Shown here piece by piece: positions 55,498 through 64,000 of a DNA stretch of 64,000 nucleotides. Every line of letters starts with the position of its first letter. Position 1 is the stretch's first letter. The notes below the pieces were generated by a model. That model saw nothing but the letters and a program-made list of their open reading frames with translations. It did not search any database and was not told where the DNA came from. The stretch is from Bacteroidota bacterium (GTDB lineage Bacteria > Bacteroidota > Bacteroidia > Chitinophagales > LD1). The position numbers and the translations under genes were made by a program. The stretch covers positions 10,897 through 74,896 of the forward strand of contig JAFDYQ010000014.1 in NCBI GenBank assembly GCA_018267365.1, in the 5' to 3' direction.

Positions 55498-57062
55498 GTG
55501 GTGCGGATGGTGTTTTCTTTGATGAGATGGTTTATCTGGTCGTCGCTGGCGCCTGACTCACGCAGGATGGCGATGCTGTCTTCTCCGAGTTTTGGTGCCT
55601 GCCAGTGCTGGTCTGCCATGCCCTCATGACGCACCGGCGTAGCGATTGTACTAAAGGTTTTTCCCGCCAGGTCAAAGTCTACGAAGAGTTTTCTTTCTCG
55701 TAGGTAGGGGTCGCTGGTCAGTTCATCCAGTTCATTGATGGCAGTGAAGCACACGTCGTCTTTCTGAAAGAACGCCAGCCACTCTGTTCTCGTCTTTGTC
55801 AGAAATATATTTTGTAATTCTTTTTGAATCGCAGTCTGCACTTCTTCGCCGTCGAGTATCTGACTAGCCCACTCAGGCTTGCCGAGCCGGTCACATACTT
55901 TATTCCAAAACTTCGGCTCCAGAGATCCGAGCGCCACATATTTCCCATCGCTGCACTCGTACACATTATAGTTAGCCTGTCCACCCGATAGCTGAAACTT
56001 GCCCCTTGCATGCCCCTTGCCCAGCGCCTGCTGCTCTGCGAACGGCAATGCGAGAAACGGCAGCACACTATCCGTCATGGCCACATCGAGCCACTCGCCT
56101 CTACCGGTTTTCTCTCTACGATACAGTGCTGTGGTCACGGCATTCATCGCCATGTAGGAGCCGCCCGCTATGTCTGCCAGCTGGAAGCCCGGTATCACAG
56201 GTCGCCCTTGCGGATCTCCCGTCACACCCAGTGCGCCTGAGATAGCTATATAGTTGAGGTCGTGGCCTGCGGCTTGCGACAGAAATGAGTCTTGCCCATA
56301 GCCGGTGATGGAGATGTATATTAAGCACGGATTGACCGCCTTCAGTGTCTGATAGTCCAGTCCCATGCTCTTCATGACACCCGGACGATATTGTTCGATA
56401 AAAACATCTGCGTTACGTACTATATTCAATAGCGCCTCTTTACCCGCGGGAGAAAGGAAATTGATAGCCAGGCTACGCTTATTCCGGTTCAGCGCATAGT
56501 AAAAGGCCGAGGTCCCCTCTATCAGCGGCTCAAAGGAGCGTATGTAATCAGGCGAGTCCGGGTCTTCTACCTTGATCACATCAGCGCCCATATCAGCCAG
56601 CATCATCGTAGCCAGCGGACCGGGCAGCAGACGCGTGAAGTCGATCACGGTCACTCCCTCCAGCGGGCCGGTACGTTTAGGTCGTACCATTGCATTGTCA
56701 GTCGTCTGTGGTCTGTCGTCCGTCGTCCCTATAGTCCCCTCAAACTTCCTAAAGCACTTTGCAAACTGCATCATCTCCATCAGGTTGCTCACTTGCACTT
56801 GTCCCGACATGAGTGCAGTTTGTGGGTTGAGTTTGCCGGTCTCCAGATCGATATAGGTAGCGGCATCTGTGCTGATCACACAGGTAGGCGTGCCGGTCAG
56901 CGCTGTATCAAGGCGGCAGCTATTGTCAGCTATCGCGATGGTATAGCCAAAATCTTCAGCGCCGGTAATGATAAAATGAAAAGTACAAGTGATGCCGTTT
57001 GCTTTCTCCGGGCGGAAGCGGGATGGGGCGGACTCAAGTATCTGTCTGGCTGTGATGAGCAT
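55494..57062 (-). CDS. SCP2 sterol-binding domain fused to a family III CoA-transferase (CaiB/BaiF/AMACR-like)
   Basis: The N-terminal ~110 aa are SCP2-like (TFHFIITG ... GKLNPQTALMSGQVQVSN). The CoA-transferase start GPLEGVTVIDFTRLLPGPLATMMLADMGADVIKVEDP follows. Confidence 0.85.
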   Translation of the reverse strand: MLITARQILESAPSRFRPEKANGITCTFHFIITGAEDFGYTIAIADNSCRLDTALTGTPTCVISTDAATYIDLETGKLNPQTALMSGQVQVSNLMEMMQFAKCFRKFEGTIGTTDDRPQTTDNAMVRPKRTGPLEGVTVIDFTRLLPGPLATMMLADMGADVIKVEDPDSPDYIRSFEPLIEGTSAFYYALNRNKRSLAINFLSPAGKEALLNIVRNADVFIEQYRPGVMKSMGLDYQTLKAVNPCLIYISITGYGQDSFLSQAAGHDLNYIAISGALGVTGDPQGRPVIPGFQLADIAGGSYMAMNAVTTALYRREKTGRGEWLDVAMTDSVLPFLALPFAEQQALGKGHARGKFQLSGGQANYNVYECSDGKYVALGSLEPKFWNKVCDRLGKPEWASQILDGEEVQTAIQKELQNIFLTKTRTEWLAFFQKDDVCFTAINELDELTSDPYLRERKLFVDFDLAGKTFSTIATPVRHEGMADQHWQAPKLGEDSIAILRESGASDDQINHLIKENTIRTT

Positions 57063-57077
57063 GGGTGAGGAGCGTGG

Positions 57078-57194
57078 TCAGGTTTTGATGTTACCCTTGC
57101 GCGGGCGGATATAGGTGATGATGAGCAGCGCAGCGAGTGCTGCCAGACCGATGATCCAGGCCGAGAGCTCTTTGAAATCAGAAAAGAGTTTCAT
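57078..57194 (-). CDS. Possible small membrane protein (38 aa)
   Basis: My own translation is MKLFSDFKELSAWIIGLAALAALLIITYIRPRKGNIKT, with one TM segment. It fills the gap between fabH and the CoA-transferase gene and is below the ORF-track size cutoff. Confidence 0.3.
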   Translation of the reverse strand: MKLFSDFKELSAWIIGLAALAALLIITYIRPRKGNIKT

Positions 57195-57206
57195 CGCTTC
57201 GTGTTT

Positions 57207-58193
57207 TTAGTATGCCCACTTCACATACATAGCACCCCAGGTGAAGCCACCACCGAAAGTAGCCAGTATCAGGTTGTCGCCTTTCTTGAGTTGCTTCTCC
57301 CACTCCCAGAGGCAGAGTGGTATGGTACCATTGGTCGTATTGCCGTAGCGCTGGATATTGACCATCACTTTCTCCGCAGGGAGTCCCACATACTCGCGTG
57401 TCGCGTCTATGATGCGGAGGTTGGCCTGATGTGGTACCAGCCAGGCCACATCATCTGCTGTCAGGTGGTTGCGCTGCATGATCTGCCCGCTCACATCTGC
57501 CATATTCTTCACGGCAAATTTGAAGACAGTTTTGCCCTCCTGATAGACAAAGTGCTCGCGCCTGGCCACCGTTTCTGCGGTAGCAGGTTTCTGAGAGCCA
57601 CCGGCCTTCTGGTGCAGGTAGTGACGCCCCGCGCCATCTATGCGCAGCACAGAGTCCAGTATGCCCACGCCCTCAGTAGTAGGCTCCAGCAGTACGCAGC
57701 CGGCCCCATCGCCAAAGATCACACAGGTATTGCGGTCTGTATAGTCAATGATAGAGGACATCTTATCGGCACCTACCACCAGTACTCTTTTAGCCTTGCC
57801 GGACTCGATGTAGCTGGCACCATTTTGCAGCGCAAAGAGGAAACCCGAGCAGGCCGCAGAGATGTCATACGCCCAGCAGTTGGTCGCGCCGATCTTATCC
57901 GCCAGGATCACAGCCGTAGATGGGAAAAGCATATCCGGCGTAGTCGTAGCCACGAGGATGATGTCTATATCGTTTGGAGAGAGGTTCTTCTTTGCCAGCA
58001 GGCGGGTCACGGCCTCGTAGGCCATATCAGAGGTAGCCAGGCCAGGCTCGCGCTGGATGTGGCGCTCCTTGATACCCGTGCGCTCGGTGATCCACTGGTC
58101 GGTCGTATCCACCATCGTCTCGAGCTCCTGATTGGTGAGCACATAAGGTGGTACATATCCTTCCACGCCGGTGATGGCAGCAGTTATCTTCAT
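57207..58193 (-). CDS. fabH: 3-oxoacyl-ACP synthase III
   Basis: Active-site region DISAACSGF, HQANLRI and GNTTNGTIP. 328 aa. Confidence 0.9.
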   Translation of the reverse strand: MKITAAITGVEGYVPPYVLTNQELETMVDTTDQWITERTGIKERHIQREPGLATSDMAYEAVTRLLAKKNLSPNDIDIILVATTTPDMLFPSTAVILADKIGATNCWAYDISAACSGFLFALQNGASYIESGKAKRVLVVGADKMSSIIDYTDRNTCVIFGDGAGCVLLEPTTEGVGILDSVLRIDGAGRHYLHQKAGGSQKPATAETVARREHFVYQEGKTVFKFAVKNMADVSGQIMQRNHLTADDVAWLVPHQANLRIIDATREYVGLPAEKVMVNIQRYGNTTNGTIPLCLWEWEKQLKKGDNLILATFGGGFTWGAMYVKWAY

Positions 58194-58361
58194 GTATTAT
58201 CGTTTGGTCACGCTGCAGCCGTGCTGCAGGCTCTAAATCACATATCAATGATACGACATAAAATCTAAACGGCAGGGGCTGCGGTTTGCAGGAAAGTTGA
58301 TATTTTGCAACATTACAGAGGGTAAATGCACTCCCTGCACTACACCCACATAAACCGCTGA

Positions 58362-59300
58362 ATGAAAGGCAGAAACATCCTGATAGTTGGTGGCGTTACT
58401 TTAGGCATCCTCGCGGTACTGGAGGTGGCGGCGAGGATCGTGCTGTCGCAGATCTACAACCGCCAGTTCGACTCCTCCCTGATAGAGCCTCATAAATATG
58501 GCGCTACTGATGGGCTGAAAGCTAATGCCACTGGCTCAGTTTGGGGAAAGCCTTTTCATACAGATGAGATGGGCGGGAGGAAGCATACGAAGGACAAAAA
58601 AGGGAAGCGGAAGATACTCGTGATAGGCGACTCGGTCACTGAAGGAGTGGGAGTGGAGGATGATCAAACATTTGCAAACTTGTTGAACGATCAGATCGAT
58701 TCGTTTGATGTAAGGAATATCTCCATGATAGGATGGTCTACCTACGACTATCGAAATGCACTTTTACAACTTGTCAAGACAGACTCTTCCATTCAGAGCG
58801 TCTATGTTTTCTACTGCCTGAATGATATATACGGCAGATCTACTACCAAAGAGCTACCGCCCGTGGGACAAAAAGGATGGATAAGCAAGGTCAATAAGGC
58901 GCTTCAAAACGGATATGCTACCTATCAGATCATCAAGCTTCTCTCTTATAGTAAAAGCGATCATTACTATCAATATGACAGAGCTTTTTATCTCGATAAT
59001 ACGAGGGTGAATAGCGTAATAAATGATCTATCCTTGATGAAATCGATTTGCGATGAAAGGCAAATATCATTTATGGTGATCTTAATGCCGTACCAGTCGC
59101 AGTTGGATGGAAGAAGTGATGACCTGCCGCAAAAGGTTTTGAGCCAAAAGATGCAGGACCATCATATACTGTATGCAGACGTATTGAAGAGATTGCCTGA
59201 TGTTTATCGGATGGATGAGATGTACCTTTTTGCCGATGAAATACACCTCTCTTACTTCGGCCATCAGAATATACTGGGTGGCATCATAGAGATACAATAA
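58362..59300 (+). CDS. SGNH/GDSL hydrolase family protein with an N-terminal membrane anchor
   Basis: TM segment ILIVGGVTLGILAVLEVAA. Block I is VIGDSVTEG and block V is DEIHLSYFGH. Confidence 0.7.
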   Translation: MKGRNILIVGGVTLGILAVLEVAARIVLSQIYNRQFDSSLIEPHKYGATDGLKANATGSVWGKPFHTDEMGGRKHTKDKKGKRKILVIGDSVTEGVGVEDDQTFANLLNDQIDSFDVRNISMIGWSTYDYRNALLQLVKTDSSIQSVYVFYCLNDIYGRSTTKELPPVGQKGWISKVNKALQNGYATYQIIKLLSYSKSDHYYQYDRAFYLDNTRVNSVINDLSLMKSICDERQISFMVILMPYQSQLDGRSDDLPQKVLSQKMQDHHILYADVLKRLPDVYRMDEMYLFADEIHLSYFGHQNILGGIIEIQ

Positions 59301-59342
59301 CATTCGGTTACAATCATTATAATTGTATAGCAAATAGATAGT

Positions 59343-60332
59343 ATGACACAAGACATCAGAAACAACTGGACCACCGAGGAGGTTCGCGAGATATATAACA
59401 CCCCCGTGCTGGAGCTGATCGTACGCGCTGCCAATGTACACAAGCAGTACCAGGCTACCGGCGAGGTGCAGGTATGCACCCTGCTCTCGGTCAAGACCGG
59501 AGGCTGCCCGGAGGACTGCTCCTACTGCCCGCAGGCAGCCCGCTATAATACAGGCGTGGAAGCCCATAAACTCATGAAGTATGAAGAGGTAGTGGAAAAG
59601 GCGCTCGTAGCTAAGAATGCCGGCTCTACACGCTTCTGCATGGGCGCTGCCTGGAGGGATGTGCGCGATGGCCGCGATTTTGACAATGTGATAGACATGG
59701 TCAAGGGGGTCAATGCCCTGGGCCTGGAGGTATGCTGCACACTCGGTATGCTCACAGAGCAGCAGGCGGAAAGGCTGAAAGAAGCCGGCCTCTATGCCTA
59801 TAACCATAATCTCGATACCTCTCAGGAGCACTATAGCGATGTGATTACCACACGCACCTATCAGGATCGCCTCCGTACACTGGACAATGTAGAAAAGGCC
59901 GGTATCAGCGTCTGCTGTGGTGGTATCATAGGCATGGGCGAGACTGATGAGGATCGTATCAAGCTGCTACATACGCTGGCTACACGCCCTCAGCACCCTG
60001 AGTCAGTGCCAGTCAATGCACTTGTAGCGGTGGATGGTACGCCACTCGAGGGTCGTCAAAAGGTACAGACCTGGGAGATGGTGCGCATGATCGCTACTGC
60101 GCGTATCCTGATGCCTAAGGCTATGGTGCGCCTCTCTGCCGGACGCAATGAAATGTCAGTAGAGCAGCAGTCACTGTGCTTCCTGGCCGGGGCCAATTCG
60201 ATCTTCACCGGAGAGAAACTGCTCACTACGCCAAACCCTGACTTCAGCGCCGATAAGGAGATGTTTGAAGTGCTCGGCCTGAAGCCTCGTGAGAGTTTCA
60301 AAGTAGAGAAGGAACTGGCTACGGCCAACTAA
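59343..60332 (+). CDS. bioB: Biotin synthase
   Basis: Radical SAM motif [10 protein letters not shown] and the BioB pattern YNHNLDTS. Confidence 0.95.
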   Translation: MTQDIRNNWTTEEVREIYNTPVLELIVRAANVHKQYQATGEVQVCTLLSVKTGGCPEDCSYCPQAARYNTGVEAHKLMKYEEVVEKALVAKNAGSTRFCMGAAWRDVRDGRDFDNVIDMVKGVNALGLEVCCTLGMLTEQQAERLKEAGLYAYNHNLDTSQEHYSDVITTRTYQDRLRTLDNVEKAGISVCCGGIIGMGETDEDRIKLLHTLATRPQHPESVPVNALVAVDGTPLEGRQKVQTWEMVRMIATARILMPKAMVRLSAGRNEMSVEQQSLCFLAGANSIFTGEKLLTTPNPDFSADKEMFEVLGLKPRESFKVEKELATAN

Positions 60333-60356
60333 ACTGCGTCCCACGGGACACACCGT

Positions 60357-61496
60357 ATGGACGCTATCCGCAGATATATACAGGGCAAAATAGCTGACCG
60401 CCGGCGCGAGGACAATTTCCGCACGCTGCGACTGGTCGGAGGGGTAGATTTTACCTCCAACGACTACATCGGGCTGGCTCATGATCCTGCCTTTCATGAG
60501 AGGATAGAAGCTGAGGTTGCGACGCATGAACTGCGTGGCGGTAGTACAGGCTCACGACTTTTATCAGGTAACACAGCTTACGCGGAAAGGCTGGAAACGA
60601 TACTGGCTACCTTTCACAAAGCAGACGCTGCACTGCTATTCAACTCCGGCTTTGATGCCAACTATGGGCTGCTATCCTCATTGCCATATAAAGGCGATAC
60701 CATACTTTATGACGAACTCGTACACGCATCTATACACGATGGCATGAAGGCTGGCAAGGCGACCCGCGTAGCGTTTCATCACAATGATCTCGGAGACCTG
60801 GAGGCAAAGCTCAAAGCTGCTACAGGACTCAGATACGTGGTCACAGAGTCGCTCTTCTCTATGGATGGTGATATGGCTCCGCTGCGCGAAATGGCTGCGC
60901 TCTGCGCTGCCTATGGTGCAGGGCTGATAGTAGATGAGGCCCACGCTACCGGGGTGATAGGAGAGAGGGGCGAGGGACTGGTCAATCTCCTGGGTATAGA
61001 AGATCAGGTGCTGGCACGTGTGCATACTTTCAGCAAGGCGCTGGGTGGGCATGGCGCGGTGATACTGGGCTCGGATGACCTGAAAGACTTCCTCATCAAT
61101 TATTGTCGTCCGTTCATCTTCTCTACTGCTATGTCGCTGCATAGCTTGGCGGCAATCGGTGTGGCCTACGATTACTTTCCGAAACTCAATGATCGTAGAA
61201 AACACTTAACGGAACTGATACATTTTTTACAAGCGTCTTTCACTCCAGCGGAGAATATGCACCTGCTCAAAAGTGACAGCCCGATACAGTCTCTCATCAT
61301 ACCCGGCAATGCTGCGGTGAAATATGTAGCCACACAGCTACAGCAGGATGGCTATGACGTGCGGGCGATACTCTCGCCCACAGTGCCGAAGGGAAAGGAA
61401 CGTATTCGCATCTGCCTGCATAGCCATAATACAACAGAACAAGTAAAAGGCCTGCTAGCAGCTATCGCAAAACATACATCCGTCACCGCCTCATGA
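60357..61496 (+). CDS. bioF: 8-amino-7-oxononanoate synthase
   Basis: Alpha-oxoamine synthase fold with PLP lysine region HTFSKALGGHGA and motif DEAHATG. Confidence 0.9.
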   Translation: MDAIRRYIQGKIADRRREDNFRTLRLVGGVDFTSNDYIGLAHDPAFHERIEAEVATHELRGGSTGSRLLSGNTAYAERLETILATFHKADAALLFNSGFDANYGLLSSLPYKGDTILYDELVHASIHDGMKAGKATRVAFHHNDLGDLEAKLKAATGLRYVVTESLFSMDGDMAPLREMAALCAAYGAGLIVDEAHATGVIGERGEGLVNLLGIEDQVLARVHTFSKALGGHGAVILGSDDLKDFLINYCRPFIFSTAMSLHSLAAIGVAYDYFPKLNDRRKHLTELIHFLQASFTPAENMHLLKSDSPIQSLIIPGNAAVKYVATQLQQDGYDVRAILSPTVPKGKERIRICLHSHNTTEQVKGLLAAIAKHTSVTAS

Positions 61497-62140
61497 GAAA
61501 GCCACTGCCGCAACGTCTCTTCATCACAGGCATCGATACCGATGTGGGCAAGACGGTAGTCTCGGCCGCGCTCACCGAGGCGCTGCACGCAGATTACTGG
61601 AAGCCCGTACAGGCTGGCTATGACACTGGCACAGACCGTGAGACTGTGCAGTCACTGCTATCTACCATGCACCTCACCGTTCATCCAGAGGCTTATAAAC
61701 TGAAGGTTCCTGCCGTGCCCGTACACTCTGCCGAGCAGGAGGGGGTGGAGATAGACCCGCAGCAGATACATCTACCTGCTACTACTAATCGCCTGATCAT
61801 AGAGGGTGCCGGTGGCCTGATGGTGCACCTCACGCGGCAGTACATGGTCATAGACCTGATACAGCAGCTAGGCGTGCCTGTGGTACTCGTATCTGAGAAT
61901 TACCTCGGCTCGATCAATCATACGCTCCTCAGCATAGAGGCGCTGCGCAGCAGGCACATAGAGATAGCAGGCATCATCTACAATGGCGAACACAGCGCCC
62001 ACATGCGCGACCTGATCTACCAGACCTCTGGTGTGCATGAGATAGGCAGCGTGGAGAAGGGCCATACGATAGACAAAGATTTCATACAAGAGCAGGCTGC
62101 AAAGCTCCGTGCAGATATCAGTAAATACTACACGCTATGA
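61493..62140 (+). CDS. bioD: Dethiobiotin synthase
   Basis: P-loop GIDTDVGKT and motif IIEGAGG. ATGA overlaps on both sides. Confidence 0.9.
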   Translation: MRKPLPQRLFITGIDTDVGKTVVSAALTEALHADYWKPVQAGYDTGTDRETVQSLLSTMHLTVHPEAYKLKVPAVPVHSAEQEGVEIDPQQIHLPATTNRLIIEGAGGLMVHLTRQYMVIDLIQQLGVPVVLVSENYLGSINHTLLSIEALRSRHIEIAGIIYNGEHSAHMRDLIYQTSGVHEIGSVEKGHTIDKDFIQEQAAKLRADISKYYTL

Positions 62141-63399
62141 CCCTGCGAGAGAGAGATAAGAAGCACATCTGGCATCCCTACACACAGGAGAAAACTGCTC
62201 CGGACAATATCGTGATGGTGAGGGGAGAGGGAGCTTATCTCTATGACGAGAAGGGCGACCGCTACATAGACGCCACCTCCAGCTGGTGGACGAATATGCA
62301 CGGCCATGCGCATCCGCATATCGCAAAGCGCATAGGAGAACAAGCTGCGAAACTGGAGCAGGTCATCTTCTCCGGCTTTAGCCATGAGCCGGCTATCGAG
62401 CTGGCAGAGAAACTGCTCGCTATTTTGCCCGCAGGGTATGGCAAAGTTTTTTACTCTGATAATGGCTCCACTGCCGTAGAAGCGGCGATCAAGATGTCGC
62501 TGCAATATTGGGCCAATCTGGGTGCGCCGCGCACGAAGGTCATCTGCTTTCGCGATGCGTATCATGGCGATACCTTTGGGGCCATGTCAGTGAGCGCGAG
62601 GGGAGTTTTCACAGACCCATACGCACGGCTGCTTTTTGACGTCGTCTTTCTCGATACGCCGGACTATATCAATGGCGAAACAGTCAAAGCGCAACTGCGC
62701 GAGGCTATAGCCGGTGATGATATCGCTGCTTTCATTTTTGAGCCCCTGGTGCTGGGATCTGCGGGCATGAAGATGTACCCTGCCGCACTGCTCGATGAGC
62801 TGATCGCTATTTGCGCGGAGCGCAAGGTGCTGACCATAGCGGATGAGGTCTTTACTGGCTTTGGCCGTGCAGGTCGGATGTTTGCTACACAGTACCTGAC
62901 GCATACTGCAGATATCATCTGCCTCTCCAAAGGTATCACAGGTGGTTTCCTGCCCTTTGCAGCTACGGTGACCAAGGAGTATATCTATGATGCTTTCTAT
63001 CACGATGAGCGTGCTAAAATGCTTTTTCACGGCCACAGCTACACGGGCAATCCGCTAGGCTGTGCAGCAGCACTTGCCTCGTTGGAGGTTTTCCGGATGG
63101 AAAACACGATGGAGAAGATAGCAGCTATCTCTGCATCTCATGCAGCCTTCGCGAAGCGGCTAGAGGGTCATCCGTCTATCACTAATGTACGCCGGCACGG
63201 CACGATCCTCGCCTTTGACTATCATACGGATCACGAAGGTTATCTCAGCAGTATCCGCGACAGGCTCTACCGCTACTTCATGGATCGCCACATCATGCTG
63301 CGCCCGCTGGGTAATGTGCTGTATATCCTGCCGCCCTACTGCATTTCTCGGGCTGACCTTGATGAGATCTATGACGCAATATTGAGTTTTCGTGCTTGA
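62137..63399 (+). CDS. bioA: Adenosylmethionine-8-amino-7-oxononanoate aminotransferase
   Basis: Class III aminotransferase with motifs HIWHPYT, SSWW and ADEVFTGFGR, and PLP lysine region LSKGITGG. Confidence 0.9.
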   Translation: MTLRERDKKHIWHPYTQEKTAPDNIVMVRGEGAYLYDEKGDRYIDATSSWWTNMHGHAHPHIAKRIGEQAAKLEQVIFSGFSHEPAIELAEKLLAILPAGYGKVFYSDNGSTAVEAAIKMSLQYWANLGAPRTKVICFRDAYHGDTFGAMSVSARGVFTDPYARLLFDVVFLDTPDYINGETVKAQLREAIAGDDIAAFIFEPLVLGSAGMKMYPAALLDELIAICAERKVLTIADEVFTGFGRAGRMFATQYLTHTADIICLSKGITGGFLPFAATVTKEYIYDAFYHDERAKMLFHGHSYTGNPLGCAAALASLEVFRMENTMEKIAAISASHAAFAKRLEGHPSITNVRRHGTILAFDYHTDHEGYLSSIRDRLYRYFMDRHIMLRPLGNVLYILPPYCISRADLDEIYDAILSFRA

Positions 63400-63458
63400 C
63401 CATTTTGACCTCATAATCTTTCCTAATAACCAGCGCATTACTTCGTTTATTAGGCTAG

Positions 63459-64000
63459 GTGATTATATTCGTAATATCAAGAGATAGCGCATTGGTCAAA
63501 ACATCTTTCATAGCAGGCATATTGCTGTTGGCGCTGCTCAGTGCTGCCGCACAGTCTTCTACGGTGCGTATCAACGGTACAGTGGTGGATCTGTACAATA
63601 AGACACCTGTGAGCGGCGTGAGCGTGATCAATCCCAAAAACGGACAGAGCTACGTCACAGATGCACACGGCACCTTCAGCATTACAGCTGGCAAAAAAGA
63701 CACACTGCTTCTATTCCTGTCAGGCTATCAGACCATGCGCTTCAGCATGGCAGATAGTGCGCAGAAGGATGCTTACTATCCCGTGTTTGAGTTTGACCGG
63801 CTGCAGGCTACTACCACCCAGATGGTGATAGTCCGGCCAAAACAGAAGCTCAGTGATATAGAGAAGGAGCGCGAGAATATGGGCAAGATACCCAGGGAGC
63901 TGCAGCGCCCGCAGATGTCTATCATGAGCCCTATCAGCGCGCTGTATGATATGCTCAGTGGCCGTGCCAAGGAGCGCGAGAAGCTGCTCTCTCAGGTGCA
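63459..64000 (+). CDS. Secreted CarboxypepD_reg-like domain protein, 3' truncated by the window edge
   Basis: My own translation is ...LVKTSFIAGILLLALLSAAAQSSTVRINGTVVDLYNKTPVSGVSVINPKNGQSYVTDAHGTFSITAGKKDTLLLFLSGYQTMRF.... The frame is open to the end of the window. The start is uncertain (GTG 63459 or TTG 63492), with no in-frame ATG. Confidence 0.5.
   Translation, partial: MIIFVISRDSALVKTSFIAGILLLALLSAAAQSSTVRINGTVVDLYNKTPVSGVSVINPKNGQSYVTDAHGTFSITAGKKDTLLLFLSGYQTMRFSMADSAQKDAYYPVFEFDRLQATTTQMVIVRPKQKLSDIEKERENMGKIPRELQRPQMSIMSPISALYDMLSGRAKEREKLLSQV

Noticed and set aside
57201-58268. 355 aa ORF on the + strand
   Set aside because: It is antisense to fabH, whose identity is unambiguous, and has no recognisable motifs.
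59082-59831. 249 aa ORF on the - strand across the SGNH hydrolase end and the bioB start
   Set aside because: It overlaps two well-supported + strand genes and the intergenic region between them, and has no motifs.
1-64000. Mobile genetic elements, prophage, integrons or defence islands
   Set aside because: I recognised no transposase, integrase, recombinase, restriction-modification, Cas, reverse transcriptase or phage structural motifs in any frame. The only hint of foreign DNA is the AT-richer islet at 26740..27900.

Overview
The window looks like chromosomal DNA from a Bacteroidota-type genome. Support: three cargo proteins with T9SS C-terminal sorting domains, TAnnTTTG -7 promoter boxes and DarA/DarB-type genes. 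I call about 65 tightly packed protein-coding genes, many with 1-4 nt overlaps, mostly housekeeping, envelope or signalling functions.

Recognisable content, in order:
- 5' end: a MATE efflux pump (5' truncated), ftsE, phoD.
- A co-directional XRE-HTH / PAS histidine kinase / small membrane protein / TspO unit, plus a second paralogous XRE gene about 4.2 kb away.
- A LytS/LytTR pair, hldD, then an Omp85-like / PD40 / M28-PDZ / T9SS run.
- PduO-type adenosyltransferase, gatC, trpS, and a deoxynucleoside kinase with a Lys/Ala/Pro-rich tail.
- Glutaryl-CoA dehydrogenase, folB, pyrC, and an OmpA protein with thrombospondin type 3 repeats.
- A block of two-component genes directly upstream of a dialkylresorcinol-type cassette: darA, darB, hotdog dehydratase, BtrH-like protein, ABC exporter.
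- prmC, a WG-repeat protein, an SCP2-CoA-transferase fusion, fabH, and a bioB-bioF-bioD-bioA operon.

I recognised no rRNA, tRNA, CRISPR array, transposase, integrase or phage gene.

The items most worth a second look are:
- the dar cassette, with its adjacent regulators and a roughly 430 bp hairpin-dense spacer that splits it;
- the XRE / PAS-kinase / TspO unit and its paralogous operator-like motif;
- a family of dispersed palindromic and degenerate repeat elements in intergenic DNA;
- an AT-richer islet holding two overlapping unknown genes.

All family assignments come from reading motifs in the translated ORFs. No database search was run. I cannot show that any of these is a truly undescribed system.
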